Shown piece after piece: positions 37,134 through 47,551 of a stretch of 64,000 nucleotides of DNA. The notes beneath the pieces were generated by a model. That model ran no database searches. It worked only from the letters and a program-made list of their open reading frames with translations, and was not told where the DNA came from. The stretch is taken from the IMG/VR virus record IMGVR_UViG_2639762835_000002; one strand, 5' to 3'. Positions within the stretch are counted from its first letter, which is position 1; each line of letters starts with the position of its first letter. The position numbers and the translations under genes are program-made. The DNA comes from a virus. Lineage: Duplodnaviria; Caudoviricetes.

Positions 37134-37453
37134 AGGGTTACCTCCAGTTCGCCGAATTCATAGGTGCGAGCGGTGACCAGCACCCGGTCGGGGGCCTCTT
37201 CACGGATCACGATGGTGCCCGGCACCAGCCGCTCGTCGTCTTCTACCAGCAGTTCAATCTCGGTCATCACATCCGCGCGCAGGGTCGGGCTGCGCTCGCC
37301 GATGAGCTTGCGGGCCAGCCCCGACTCCATGATGCGGTGCTTGATGTCCTGGCCGATGCTGTGGCGGTCCTGGGTGGTGCGCGGCTGGCCGCCGGCATCG
37401 AGTTGCCAGGCGCCGTTCACCACCAGGAGATCGATGTACTTAGGCTCACTCAT
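37130..37453 (-). CDS. DUF2590-family (gpW-like) baseplate protein
   Basis: SIGQDIKHRIMESGL, VEDDERLVPGT. Confidence 0.85.
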   Translation of the reverse strand: MSEPKYIDLLVVNGAWQLDAGGQPRTTQDRHSIGQDIKHRIMESGLARKLIGERSPTLRADVMTEIELLVEDDERLVPGTIVIREEAPDRVLVTARTYEFGELEVTL

Positions 37454-39331
37454 TACTTGGTCTCCAGCCAGGCGTTCTCGGCCATCTGCTCCGGCGTCAT
37501 CGGGTTCTGGCTGGTCATGTGCACTTCGCCGATGTGAATGGCCTTGGTCGGCTTCTGGTTGGCTGTCGTCGCGGCCGCATTGGCCTGGATCAGCTGCTGG
37601 CCAATGCCACCGGATGGGATGCTGCTCTGGCCGCCCTGGCGATAACGGGCGAGCGGGGCATTGATGTTCTCGGGGTTCGGCAGGTTGAGGTCAGGCATTG
37701 CAGAGCTGATATCCAGGTCAATCCCTGGCAATACATTGAGTTTTTCCAGTACCCATTGGATGGCTTTACCCACGGCCCAGATAGGCGATAGCAACAGCTT
37801 GAAGACTGTTCCTAGAATGGTTCCAGCTGCCTCCCCGAGTGCGATCATGTTGGTGAAGGCGCCTGAGGCTTCATTGGTTGTTCCAAGCCACTGGGCGATG
37901 ATGCCGATCAGACTCGCCATCCCAGATTACCGGCAAAATGGCGGCCCAAGGCTCGAATACGGTTGATATAGCTGGGGCCATGGCAGAGATGAGGCCGCTG
38001 AAAAATGCTTTGATGGGTTCCCACCACATCACAAGAGCTGCAATGGCAGCGACTACTGCCAGAATGGGCCACGCTAGAGCCCCGAATACGATACCCAGAC
38101 CCACGACGGCCAACTGAGCCATTCCGACGAGCAGCAACCAAGCGCCGGTAACCACTCCCAGACCGATAAAAGCCAGAGCGGCATAGCTGATCACCTTGGT
38201 GAGGTTCGGGAAGAGGTGAGTCCAGCGCAGCACATCATTGGCGCCATCGGCAAAGACGCCGACCACCGCATTGATGGCAGGCAGCACCACGCCGAAGGCG
38301 GCGGCACGGATGGCAAACCATGCTTGCGTCACCCGTTCCCACTGGTCGGTCATTGAGGCGGCCATCTGCTCGGCCTTGCCCATGCCGTGGGTGTTGGCCA
38401 GCGCATTGATGTTGGTGGCCAGCCCCTTGGTGTTGGTCATCAGCAGCTTGATCATGGCAACTGCCTCATCCGAGCCGAACGCCTTCTTGAGCTCATCCCC
38501 CTCGGCCACGCTCATGGTCTCGCCGTAACGCATCTTGAGCTTGTCCAGGATGGTCAGCACCGGCAGCATGTTGCCTGCCGAGTCGGTGAACTGCATGCCG
38601 AGCGCCTTCTGAGCGCCACCGACACCAGCCAGGAACGACTTGAACTTGGTACCAGCCTCGCCGCCACTCATGGTGGCTTGCAGTTGGCCGATCACGGCGA
38701 ACTGCTCATCCATCGAGACGCCCGCGGCGGTGGCGTTGGCACCGATCGCCCCAAAGGCATCGGCCATGCCCTGGCCAGTGGTCTTGAAAAGCTGCACCGC
38801 CAGCGCGGTCTTGCCGGCCACATTTTCGACCCAGTTGGCCTTGCCCATCTGCTTGGCCTGCTGCTCGAAGATGCCGTACATGGTGCCCATGTAGTTGGTG
38901 ATGGTGGCGGTATCGGCTTTGGTGGCCTTGGCCAGGGTGGTGGAAGCGCGGGTAAAGGCGGGCAGTTCGTTCCCCTCCAGCCCGGCGATCGCGGATTGGA
39001 TATCGTAGGAGGAGCGCACGATCTCGGTGGCCGACTCACCATACTGGATGGAGAGTTTGAGCGCCTCGCGGCCCAGCGCCCCGAGCACATCCTTTTGCAC
39101 ATCAAGGGAGGCCACTTCCGCCAGCGCCCGATCCATTTCGATGGCGGGACCTAGGGCCCCCTGGATCGCCATGACGCCGCCAGCGACGGTGGTGGCCCCC
39201 ATGGCCATGTTGCTCCAGCCCTGGCGGCCCGCCTTGCTGACCTTGTCCATCTGGGCATTGATGCCGGCAAGGGGCTTGGTGACCTGGTCAACCAACGCCA
39301 CCTGCATCATCAATTTTTCCATCCAGGCCAT
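37453..39331 (-). pseudogene. Tail tape measure protein, frameshifted at ~37920
   Basis: A TP901-type 486-aa N-terminal part breaks frame; a 155-aa C-terminal part continues in another frame. Confidence 0.8.
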
Positions 39332-39340
39332 AGGGGTCTC

Positions 39341-39789
39341 TTATCCGTTCAGTGCTTTGGCGATACCCTCGGCCACGGCGATGGCGTTGGAGTCTCGGTG
39401 GTACTTGTCTAACCAGGTAGCGCGAGCCAGGCTCTCGATGTCGTCATCCTCATGGGGCAGGTAGTAGCGTCGCAGCGCCAGCACCTGCTCCAGTTGGTTG
39501 CGCTCGATGGCCTCGGCACGCGCGGTCAGTTTTTTACGGTGATGTCCAGATCAGGGGCGAACTCTTTGTTGATGGCGCCCGCCAGCTGCAGCGCGGCACT
39601 GGGACGCTTGAGCAGCTCATCGAGGGCCTCTTTGCTATCGGTGCAGACGATCTTCTTCAGGTAGTTGTGAGCCGGCGCCACCTTGTCGCTCATCGACAGC
39701 CCGTTGATGTAGCTGTTGTAGGCCACCAGGGTGGGCGCAAAGCTGATATCGGTGCCGGCGATGGTCAGGGTGATGGTTTGTTTGTTCAT
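39341..39789 (-). CDS. Tail assembly chaperone (39526-39789) with a -1 frameshift extension to 39341
   Basis: Slippery heptamer A AAA AAC just before the stop; the -1 frame is open (LTARAEAIERNQLEQVLALRRYYLP...ALNG) directly upstream of the tape measure gene. Confidence 0.8.
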
Positions 39790-40085
39790 GGGGTGGCTTC
39801 CTCTTGGGTTATCCAGTGATTCAGGGTGTTGAGCTGGGTTTGGCAGCGGCGCAGTGCGCCCTGCAGGGTGGGGATAAAGGCCACTGCCTCGCCCCAGGTC
39901 GTGCCGTTAAATTCAGGTTCCGGGCAGTGGGGCACCAACCCGGGTGGAGGTAGCCGCTTGACCACCTGGGTTTGCACCACGGTCGTGGGCTGGCTGGAGC
40001 AGGCGCAGAGCATCGCTAGGCAGAGGCTCACGAGCGCAATCCGGGCGGTCCGCCGGCGGCGTGGCCAAGGCTTCTTGCAGTTCAT
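39786..40085 (-). CDS. o-spanin (Rz1-like lipoprotein; start uncertain)
   Basis: Lipobox LCAC, Pro-rich, overlaps the i-spanin. Confidence 0.7.
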   Translation of the reverse strand: MNCKKPWPRRRRTARIALVSLCLAMLCACSSQPTTVVQTQVVKRLPPPGLVPHCPEPEFNGTTWGEAVAFIPTLQGALRRCQTQLNTLNHWITQEEATP

Positions 40086-40344
40086 CGGCGGTTTTCCTGT
40101 TCTGGTTGTCGAGCTCGGCCAACGCCGCGTTCTGGTTGTCGAGCAGCAGACGCAACCCCTTTGCTTGCCGTTGCAGAGCCAGGAGCTCGGTCGCCTGCTG
40201 GCCGTTGGCTGTCTGCAGGTCAGTGATCGTGGTCTGCTGCGCGGTCAAGGTGCGCTGCATGTCCACCGTGTGGCGGTGGCTGACATAGAGCGCCAACACC
40301 AGCAGCAGGCCAACAATTCCCAGTACCTTGCTGATGGTGCTCAT
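39913..40344 (-). CDS. i-spanin (Rz-like)
   Basis: N-terminal TM and coiled coil, after the endolysin. Confidence 0.8.
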   Translation of the reverse strand: MSTISKVLGIVGLLLVLALYVSHRHTVDMQRTLTAQQTTITDLQTANGQQATELLALQRQAKGLRLLLDNQNAALAELDNQNRKTADELQEALATPPADRPDCAREPLPSDALRLLQPAHDRGANPGGQAATSTRVGAPLPGT

Positions 40345-40820
40345 GCTTCCACCATGGACAGCCGGGCTGGCGTACCGATCGGCAGCTCACCCACCGGCAG
40401 CGGCTCATTCAATGGCCAGCGGTAACCGGTGACGCGGGTCAGTGGAAATTCACGGATATTCACCTCATCTCCTTGGTTGCCACCCAGCACCAGTAGGTTG
40501 CCGGAGGGTGACTTGCCGACCACGAATCCCACATGGCCACCACCGTCACGGGTGAACACCACCACGCAGCCAAGCACGGGGCGATCCAGTTTCTCGCCCC
40601 AGTCCAGGTAACTCTTGGCACTCTCGAAGCGGGTCGACTGGATACCGACCCGTTCAAGGCAAGCCCCGACAAAGGCGGCGCACCACGGGGTTTCATCGTC
40701 TTTGATGCCGCCCCGCTTGATCGCCTTCCACATATCCAGGATGGCCTGGGCATGTTTGGGCCCTTTAATCTCTCTGAGGCCCAAGAACTTGCGAGCCTCT
40801 TCAATCCAGCGCAGCGCCAT
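40341..40820 (-). CDS. Endolysin, TIGR02594 / NlpC-P60-like
   Basis: DDETPWCAAFV, GGGHVGFV, LGGNQGD. Confidence 0.88.
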   Translation of the reverse strand: MALRWIEEARKFLGLREIKGPKHAQAILDMWKAIKRGGIKDDETPWCAAFVGACLERVGIQSTRFESAKSYLDWGEKLDRPVLGCVVVFTRDGGGHVGFVVGKSPSGNLLVLGGNQGDEVNIREFPLTRVTGYRWPLNEPLPVGELPIGTPARLSMVEA

Positions 40821-40821
40821 G

Positions 40822-41142
40822 TCATCCCTCCTTCTTGTTGAAAACCGTCTTTGCCCGATCGCGGATAAAGTCCATGCCGAGTAGCCCCACCATGCCGCCG
40901 ATAAAGGGGGATGCCTCATAGGGCACGCCCAGCAGGGTGGTGCCGGAGGCGGCGGCCAAGGTGATCAGGCCGCACATGGTGGATTCGATCAGGCGGCGGC
41001 GCCCGCCGCCGCCGTCATAGGTGATGCGCATAAACGAAATGCTCAGCGCCAGCAGCGCCCCGGAAACTGCGGGCCAGTTGTCCATCAGCCAGGCCAGCAG
41101 GGCGGCCCAGAGGGTGGGGTCTTTGTTTGGCATAGGGTTCAT
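40822..41142 (-). CDS. Holin, lambda S family
   Basis: MPNKDP...three TM helices...FIGGMVGLLG. Confidence 0.85.
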   Translation of the reverse strand: MNPMPNKDPTLWAALLAWLMDNWPAVSGALLALSISFMRITYDGGGGRRRLIESTMCGLITLAAASGTTLLGVPYEASPFIGGMVGLLGMDFIRDRAKTVFNKKEG

Positions 41143-41158
41143 ATCCCGTTCTCGATAC

Positions 41159-41368
41159 TTATTGGCCGCGACGCTCTGCGCGGCTCTGGCAGGGCACACA
41201 CTTGCGCACCCCTGGGACTCGCTGGCGGCGTTCCTCCGGGATCGGGTCATCGCATGCTTCGCAAAGGTGCAAGCTCTCGCCCTGGTAGTGGCTGCGGCCA
41301 AGCTGGCTATCCAGCTGGGCCGCCAGCATCCGCTCGGCGTGTTGGGTGGCGCGGTCGATCAGATCCAT
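41159..41368 (-). CDS. TraR/DksA C4 zinc-finger protein
   Basis: CEAC-DDPIPEERR-CVPCQ. Confidence 0.9.
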   Translation of the reverse strand: MDLIDRATQHAERMLAAQLDSQLGRSHYQGESLHLCEACDDPIPEERRQRVPGVRKCVPCQSRAERRGQ

Positions 41369-41371
41369 CGG

Positions 41372-41827
41372 TTAGCCCTTGAGGTGACGGGTGTCGTCAT
41401 CCGACAGGTACGGCATGCCGTTGATGTGCACGAAGTCCGGCGAGGTGACGAACCCCTTGATTTTGTGCACTCCCTTGCTGCCGCCTTTGGGATCGATATC
41501 GAGCAGGTCAGAGATCACCAGCTTCACGCCAAAGGCTTCCACCTTCATGGTCTCGTCGCCGGTGTCGGCGTAGAACAGCACATCGTCTGGCTTCATGCCG
41601 CGCCAGCTGCCCTGACGCTTGGCGCTCTCACACAGCATCTTGAAGTTCTTGGCATCGAGCTCGAACTCCAGCTCTGCGGCCACATCCCCATCGATATAGC
41701 CATCAGGGATGCCACGGGTTTGCGCCACGGCGCTGTTGTCAGTGATTGAGAGGCTGGCCTTCTCGATGTGCACCATGGTGCCCATCAGGGTGGTGTCGAA
41801 GGACTGGCCTGAAATACGGCGGGTCAT
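41372..41827 (-). CDS. Tail tube protein (DUF2597-like)
   Basis: RISGQSFD...TRGIPDG...VTSPDFVHING. Confidence 0.88.
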   Translation of the reverse strand: MTRRISGQSFDTTLMGTMVHIEKASLSITDNSAVAQTRGIPDGYIDGDVAAELEFELDAKNFKMLCESAKRQGSWRGMKPDDVLFYADTGDETMKVEAFGVKLVISDLLDIDPKGGSKGVHKIKGFVTSPDFVHINGMPYLSDDDTRHLKG

Positions 41828-41830
41828 GGG

Positions 41831-42955
41831 TTAGCCCTCCCCGTTGTTAAGGCTCAAATCGAGCATGATGTTGACGGTGATCCCTTTGGGGCAGTCCACG
41901 GTGCGCACGACCACATAGATGGAGACCAGGTTCTTGGCAGTCCACTGGATGCGGATGTCGCCATCCTTGGGGGAGGCGATGTCACCCGGGAACGGCTGGC
42001 CGTTGATGGTGATGGCGCTGGCCATCTGGCGCAGGTCCTTGCCAAAGAACATGACGGCGGCCTCGGTGCTGCCCGGGGTGGAGTTGAACGAGCGATCGCC
42101 TATGCGGGCGATGGCGCGCAGGCGCATCCAGCGGGCGACCTTGTAAGCAACACGCAGGTTTTCGATCACCTGGTAGTCGCCGCCCTCGACGTCCAGGGGG
42201 CGGCCATCGGCCCAATAGGTGCCGTCAAAGTCCGGGTACCACATCGGCACCGAGTAACGGTTGGCTTCCAGGGTCTGCAGGGTGGCCAGCTGCAGTTCGG
42301 TGCCGTCCTTGTCCTTGGGGGTCGCGCCAAGGCCGACCACAGCGCCAGTTTTCACCCGGCAAGGGCTGTCTGCGATGCTCACTGCCCGGTTGCATAGGCG
42401 GCCGGCGTAAGCCCCGATGAGGTTTGGCCACAGCTGCGGGACCAGGGAGACCGATTCAGCCGCGATGCCATTCTGCAGGGCGGCCAGCTCAGCCTCGTAT
42501 TCGCTCCAGTCCTGACCACCCTCGGCGGTGGAGACAATGCCCGGTACCGCCAGCAGCATGGCTTGCCAGCGACCCCACTTGGCGATCAGCTCTTGGTTGA
42601 GGGCGTGAGCGGCGTTGATTTTGGTCGCGTCCCACTCCTGCCCCAGCACCACGACTGCCTCGAATGACTGGGTTTTCTGGGCGGAGCGAACGGCATCCTT
42701 CCAATCCATGTCGGTCGGTAGCACAAAGGCGGCGGCCGTCCAGTTCTGGCCGGCGTTGTCGCGGGCGGCCAGCAGGTTGGTTTTCAGTTCGCTGTCAGCC
42801 TCGCCCAGCAGCGTGTCAAAGTCGGACTGGGTATTGAGCGAGAGCAGCTTGTTGGTGTTGGTCGGCGCACTGCCGATGAACAGCAGGTGACGCTCGACTT
42901 CCGTCACTGGCCCCTGCATCTGGTTCAAGTTGTTGATCTGTACATAAGGCCACAT
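41831..42955 (-). CDS. Tail sheath protein (DUF2586-like)
   Basis: MWPYVQINNLNQMQG...GRLCNRAVSIADSP. Confidence 0.9.
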   Translation of the reverse strand: MWPYVQINNLNQMQGPVTEVERHLLFIGSAPTNTNKLLSLNTQSDFDTLLGEADSELKTNLLAARDNAGQNWTAAAFVLPTDMDWKDAVRSAQKTQSFEAVVVLGQEWDATKINAAHALNQELIAKWGRWQAMLLAVPGIVSTAEGGQDWSEYEAELAALQNGIAAESVSLVPQLWPNLIGAYAGRLCNRAVSIADSPCRVKTGAVVGLGATPKDKDGTELQLATLQTLEANRYSVPMWYPDFDGTYWADGRPLDVEGGDYQVIENLRVAYKVARWMRLRAIARIGDRSFNSTPGSTEAAVMFFGKDLRQMASAITINGQPFPGDIASPKDGDIRIQWTAKNLVSIYVVVRTVDCPKGITVNIMLDLSLNNGEG

Positions 42956-42959
42956 GCCG

Positions 42960-43646
42960 TTATTTCCCCTTCATGCCTTGCTTGTTGACGTCCCAGCCGT
43001 AGTTGATGCTCTGCAGCGCACGGGCAAAGGCCTGTTCGCGCTGCTGGGTGTTGGCGCCTAGGAACGGGCGGGCTGGTAGCTGGATCTCCCAGCTCTCTTT
43101 GACCGGTTCATCTTTGAGCTTCTTGATCAGCAACCCAGCCTGGGCGTAGTTGAGGTTGCCCGTTATCCAGCCCAGCGAGGCCGAGCGGTATGAGCGCTTG
43201 CGCTTGCCCGGGCGCTTGAACCCCAGTTCCCGCAACTTGCGGGCTTGTGCCTTGCTGGCCTGCTTGTTCTTGCTGCCGTCGCTGGGGGCAATACGGCGCC
43301 GGCTGGCTGCCGTCACCTTGTAGGTGTGCCCCTTCTGGTGGGTGTTGGCGATGACCCCGGCGTGGGCGCTCATGGTGCCCTTGGTGAAGCCCAGCTCCGC
43401 CACGTCCTGACGAGGCTCGCGGATCTGCAACAGCTTGGGCAGGCCACGCAACATCTTGCGTTTGCCCCGCTTGCGCGGCGCCCACGGCTGGCCGTTGGGG
43501 TCTTGTTGCTGGCGCACGTGACGGGCAGCCAGCTTCTTCATCTCATTCGCTGCTCGCCACACCAGGCGCTTGCGCTGCTTGGGCGGCAGGGTCAGCAGGT
43601 TGAGCTGGTCTTTGCCACGACGGGTATCCAGGGTGATGGTGATCAT
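42960..43646 (-). CDS. Virion morphogenesis protein (gpS-like)
   Basis: QQDPNGQPWAPRK, LPARPFLG. Confidence 0.85.
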   Translation of the reverse strand: MITITLDTRRGKDQLNLLTLPPKQRKRLVWRAANEMKKLAARHVRQQQDPNGQPWAPRKRGKRKMLRGLPKLLQIREPRQDVAELGFTKGTMSAHAGVIANTHQKGHTYKVTAASRRRIAPSDGSKNKQASKAQARKLRELGFKRPGKRKRSYRSASLGWITGNLNYAQAGLLIKKLKDEPVKESWEIQLPARPFLGANTQQREQAFARALQSINYGWDVNKQGMKGK

Positions 43647-44166
43647 GGCTGGCCACCGATCTGGTGATGGCCGGTATCACCCACGTTCAGGTTGATATGG
43701 TCGGCCACCCAGATGTCATAGGGGGCCACGTTCCAGCGTTTGCCATCCCAGTTGATGGGGCCCTGCTCGTGCTCAACCAGGCGCAGCGGCTCGGTAAAGG
43801 GGAGCTGGATCTCGAGATCCGCGGTCTGCTCGTCATTCGGGGTGCGGCGTACTCGGGATCGGGCAACTCGTACTGCTCGCGGTAGTCGTCGTGCTCTTGC
43901 ACCCAGGCGGCGACGGTGGCCAACAGGATGGCCGGGTCGAGCTCGCGAAACGGCAACTGCTCGATGGTGAACACCGCCTGGTAGGTGAGCCAGGCCACGT
44001 TCACCCCGGTGGGGCCCATGTTCTTGGGTTCGAGCTTGATGGTGCCGTTCTCCATCCAGCTATCCAGGCGCTTGTGGCACTTGGCCGGCAATACCCGCAA
44101 CAGCTCGGCGTGGAGCGCCTGCAGGAAGTAGCCCTGGGCCTGTTGCTCGTTCATGTCGTTGCTCAT
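43643..44166 (-). pseudogene. Tail completion protein (gpR-like), frameshifted at ~43845
   Basis: After DPEYA, a shifted frame reads PNDEQTADLEIQLPFTEP...GKRW and stops at a TGA overlapping the next ATG. Confidence 0.75.
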
Positions 44167-44624
44167 ATCAGCGAGACTCCCGCCCGGCGCTTGCCCTTGA
44201 TGCTGCGCACCAGCTGCTGACTCTCTGCCAGCAGCTGGGCGCGTTGGTCTGGCGATCGCTCTACCTGGTTGTTGGCGGTCGCCCGTTCGGTGACGCTGGC
44301 AAACTCGGGTAGCAGGGCCGCCTTGGCGCGGGCAAATACGGCGGCCAGGTACTGCTCTGTCAGGGCATTGCTGCCCCCTTCCAGGCTGGGCCCGGGTACC
44401 TCGGCGGCGCTGGTGTAGCCCTTGCCCAGCAGCGTGGCCTGATGGCTCGCCAACTGCAGGTTGATTTCAGAGACGGCGGCCAGCAGGGCGGCGCCAGTGG
44501 TCTGGGTATCCAGATCGGCAGGCAGGGCGCGGCGGCGCTCGAAGTCAGCGACGGCCACATCCGGCCAGAACCCGTCATTGCGGATCGTGGCGGCGCTGTA
44601 GTCGATGTCCTTGCCTGCAAACAT
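44163..44624 (-). CDS. Head completion protein (gpL-like)
   Basis: NDGFWPD...YLAAVFARAKA. Confidence 0.88.
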   Translation of the reverse strand: MFAGKDIDYSAATIRNDGFWPDVAVADFERRRALPADLDTQTTGAALLAAVSEINLQLASHQATLLGKGYTSAAEVPGPSLEGGSNALTEQYLAAVFARAKAALLPEFASVTERATANNQVERSPDQRAQLLAESQQLVRSIKGKRRAGVSLI

Positions 44625-44738
44625 GGCGTGCCTCGCTGGTTGGTTGAAATGGGGCACCCCTGTAGCCACGCAATTGCCGCTGGGTTAGCCAGAGGCTGTC
44701 CATGGCATTCGCGCCGGGGTGCGGTGGCGCGGAGAGTC

Positions 44739-45467
44739 TTATTGCTCCGGATTCAGCGCCCGCAGGCGCATGGCAATCTTTTGGCGCAAGGTGCCGACGC
44801 CCACTTTGCCGTGCAGCTGGTCGGCCTGAGCCAGCCAGTGATCGGCTTGCTCCAGGATGGCGCTGTCCCCCACGGCGCTGGGGCGAGGTTGGCCGTCGTG
44901 GTCCCGCAACAGCAGGCAACCGGCGGCCTTGAACCACTTGGCGGTCAACCGCTCGTTGAGGCGCCAGTCATTGCGCACCTTGTCGAACACCCGGGAGAAC
45001 CAGGGCTCAACGGCATGGCCCTCGGCGGACTGCTTCTCGGCCCACTCCAGCACGGTGTCGGCCACAAAGTGGGCCCAGTCGCGCTTGATGTTGTTCGGGG
45101 TGCGTTGGCCCTGGGCAATGGCGAGCTCCGCCCAGGCAATGCCTGCATCAAAATCCCCGACGTCAAAGGCCCAGATGATGAGGCGCTGAAACAGCTCGTT
45201 CTGATAGGGCTGGCCAGACTCACTAACGGCGGCCAGATAGCGCTCCACATAGGGGCGGTACTTGGGCATCAGCTCATCGCGTTTCATATTCACCCGGTCC
45301 CCGATGCGGGCCAGCTTGCGCAGCCGGACGATGTCCTGTTCCAGGGCAACCAGTTGCAGGTGCAGGCTGTCTGCCACTGCACCGGTGGCCATGCCAGAGC
45401 AGGCGGCCTGCTCGGCCCCCTGCATGGCTTGAACGCGCTGCTTGTGACGTTGACCGGGTGAGCTCAT
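44739..45467 (-). CDS. Terminase small subunit (gpM-like)
   Basis: LMPKYRPYV, IWAFDVGD, TAKWFK. Confidence 0.88.
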   Translation of the reverse strand: MSSPGQRHKQRVQAMQGAEQAACSGMATGAVADSLHLQLVALEQDIVRLRKLARIGDRVNMKRDELMPKYRPYVERYLAAVSESGQPYQNELFQRLIIWAFDVGDFDAGIAWAELAIAQGQRTPNNIKRDWAHFVADTVLEWAEKQSAEGHAVEPWFSRVFDKVRNDWRLNERLTAKWFKAAGCLLLRDHDGQPRPSAVGDSAILEQADHWLAQADQLHGKVGVGTLRQKIAMRLRALNPEQ

Positions 45468-45470
45468 GGC

Positions 45471-46523
45471 TTAGGCCTCGGGCGCTGCCGGTGCGGCGCC
45501 GATCTCGATGTCGGCCTCTTCAAAGCCGCCATAGGCCAGGTGTTCGCCCAGGGCATAGCCTTCCATCCGCCAGTACTGGTTATCGAAGCACTTGCGATCC
45601 TGGTTATCTTCGGCTTTGCGGTTGCGTGTACCGCGCTGGGTGTAGCAGTGCAGGTTGTCCAGGGTGGTGACTACCATCCGCTTGCCCGGGAAGAAGGGCG
45701 GGATGTAGGCCTTGCGCCCGGCAATGGACTCGGCCAGCTTTTGGGCGGCGATCTGCTCACTCGGCTTGGTGGCTTCGCTGTAGAGCTTGGCTTGGGCCGC
45801 CGCCACCAGTTCGGTACCGACCAGCACTACCAAGCGCGGGTCTTGGCGGAACAGGGGATCGATGGTGGTGTTGATAAGATCGGAGGCCATCTCGTCCAGG
45901 GTCTTGTAATCGCCCTTGCCGTCCGGGTCGAAGTGGATTTTCTTGCCGGCCCCGGCCTTGATGATCTGGCTGCCTTCGTTCCACTCGCGGGCGATCTGGT
46001 GCCAACCCTTGTTGACATCTTCACCCAGCGGGTTTTTCTCCGGGTCGGTCGTCTCTTCGGCAGAGACGCCGTTCCAACCGACCCGCACAATGTCGAGGGC
46101 GAATGCGGTGTTGATGAACTCACCGACCAGGCGGATGAACTCTCCCTCGCTGCCGGCGTTGGCCCAGACACACAGGGTCGCCCAGTCGAGCGAGGCACAG
46201 GAGTCGGTCTCGGTCAGCTCGTAGGTGTTGCCATCCACGCCAACCTTGCCGTTGAAACGGCCATTTTTCTTGCGGCCGGTGAACAGCTTGCCGATGCCGA
46301 CTTGCACCACCTGGCCCTTGATCTGATCCACATCCATGCAGGTGATGAGGTTCAGGAACTCGACAGAGGCGAGCAGGCCCGCGCGCAGGCCGGTTTCTAC
46401 CGGGCCACTGATGACGCTGAACTGTTTGTCCAGCACGTTAACGGGGATGCCATAGGTCTTGGCCAGGGCAGCACTGTATTTTTCGAGGCGCTGACGGGCC
46501 TGGACGGTTAGGGTCTGACTCAC
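45471..46523 (-). CDS. Major capsid protein, P2/HP1 family
   Basis: ALDIVRVGWNG, PLGEDVNKGW, VTTLDNL. Confidence 0.95.
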   Translation of the reverse strand: MSQTLTVQARQRLEKYSAALAKTYGIPVNVLDKQFSVISGPVETGLRAGLLASVEFLNLITCMDVDQIKGQVVQVGIGKLFTGRKKNGRFNGKVGVDGNTYELTETDSCASLDWATLCVWANAGSEGEFIRLVGEFINTAFALDIVRVGWNGVSAEETTDPEKNPLGEDVNKGWHQIAREWNEGSQIIKAGAGKKIHFDPDGKGDYKTLDEMASDLINTTIDPLFRQDPRLVVLVGTELVAAAQAKLYSEATKPSEQIAAQKLAESIAGRKAYIPPFFPGKRMVVTTLDNLHCYTQRGTRNRKAEDNQDRKCFDNQYWRMEGYALGEHLAYGGFEEADIEIGAAPAAPEA

Positions 46524-46532
46524 GGTCGCTCC

Positions 46533-47375
46533 TTAATATGCGGTGGGGGTATCGTCACCGCCGAGCGCGCCCGGGCGCTGGCCCGGCACTTCAACGGAGA
46601 ACTTGTCGATCTTGGCGGTCAGTTCACTGAGCTGGGTTTGCAGCTGGTTGAACTGCTCGGTGGTGACGCCGGGCTTGTCTTCTTTTACCGGGTCGATGCC
46701 CGGGGCAGGTTCGGTCTCCGGTTTGGTTTCCAGCTTGGCGCTGAAGGCATCGATCTTGGTGCCAAGGCCTGTCAGGGCCCCCAGCATCTGATCGAACTGT
46801 TCTGGTTTCATTTCCTCATCCTCGGATTGGCTGGGGGTGGGTTGGGGGTCGTGCTCGCCATGGCTGGACAGCAGGTTGAACAGCTTTGAGAGCAGGCTGT
46901 CGGGCTTCTCGTGCTTGGGCAGCTTGAACATGGAGAGATCCAGCGGTTCGCTGGTGCCGATGGTTTGGCCCTTGCTGCTCTTGCTGAACTTGAGATGGGT
47001 GGTGCCGGTGCTGGCGGGCTGGTCGGTGACGCCCAGGCCAATCAAGTAGGTTCGACCCAGATCGGCGAACTGCTCGAACGGTTCGATGGAGCAGAACTGG
47101 TACTGGCCGCTTTGGTTCCAGTAGACGAGATCCCGGTTGGGGCAGAGGACGGCGAACAGTTTGAGCTTGCCGTCGACCTCTTCGGTCTTGAGCGCCTGCA
47201 CGGTGCCATAGCTGGACCAGCGATCGTGCTCTGGCCAGATGACGGCGGTGTAATAGGTCGGGTCGTAGGTCTCGGCCATGTCGACCAGCCAGTCGCGGGT
47301 GATGTCTCGGCCGTCCACCGCTTTGCCTTCGGTGGCGATACAGACAAAGCCAGTTCTCAAGGTTGATTCGTTCAT
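46533..47375 (-). CDS. Capsid scaffolding protein (gpO-like)
   Basis: IATEGKAVDGR, YLIGLGVTDQPASTGT. Confidence 0.93.
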   Translation of the reverse strand: MNESTLRTGFVCIATEGKAVDGRDITRDWLVDMAETYDPTYYTAVIWPEHDRWSSYGTVQALKTEEVDGKLKLFAVLCPNRDLVYWNQSGQYQFCSIEPFEQFADLGRTYLIGLGVTDQPASTGTTHLKFSKSSKGQTIGTSEPLDLSMFKLPKHEKPDSLLSKLFNLLSSHGEHDPQPTPSQSEDEEMKPEQFDQMLGALTGLGTKIDAFSAKLETKPETEPAPGIDPVKEDKPGVTTEQFNQLQTQLSELTAKIDKFSVEVPGQRPGALGGDDTPTAY

Positions 47376-47551
47376 GCCTGCTCCCAATTGATACGGGCTC
47401 AGGCTATCGGGTCGGGAAGGGGGTTTCATCCGGTTGTGTTCGGGGGGATTCGGATCCAGCGGGATATCCGAATTGCTCAGAACATCAGTGGGATAAGTGG
47501 GGGTAAGGGGCTGGCTATGATGGCGCCATCATTCATATCGATGGAGGCGCC

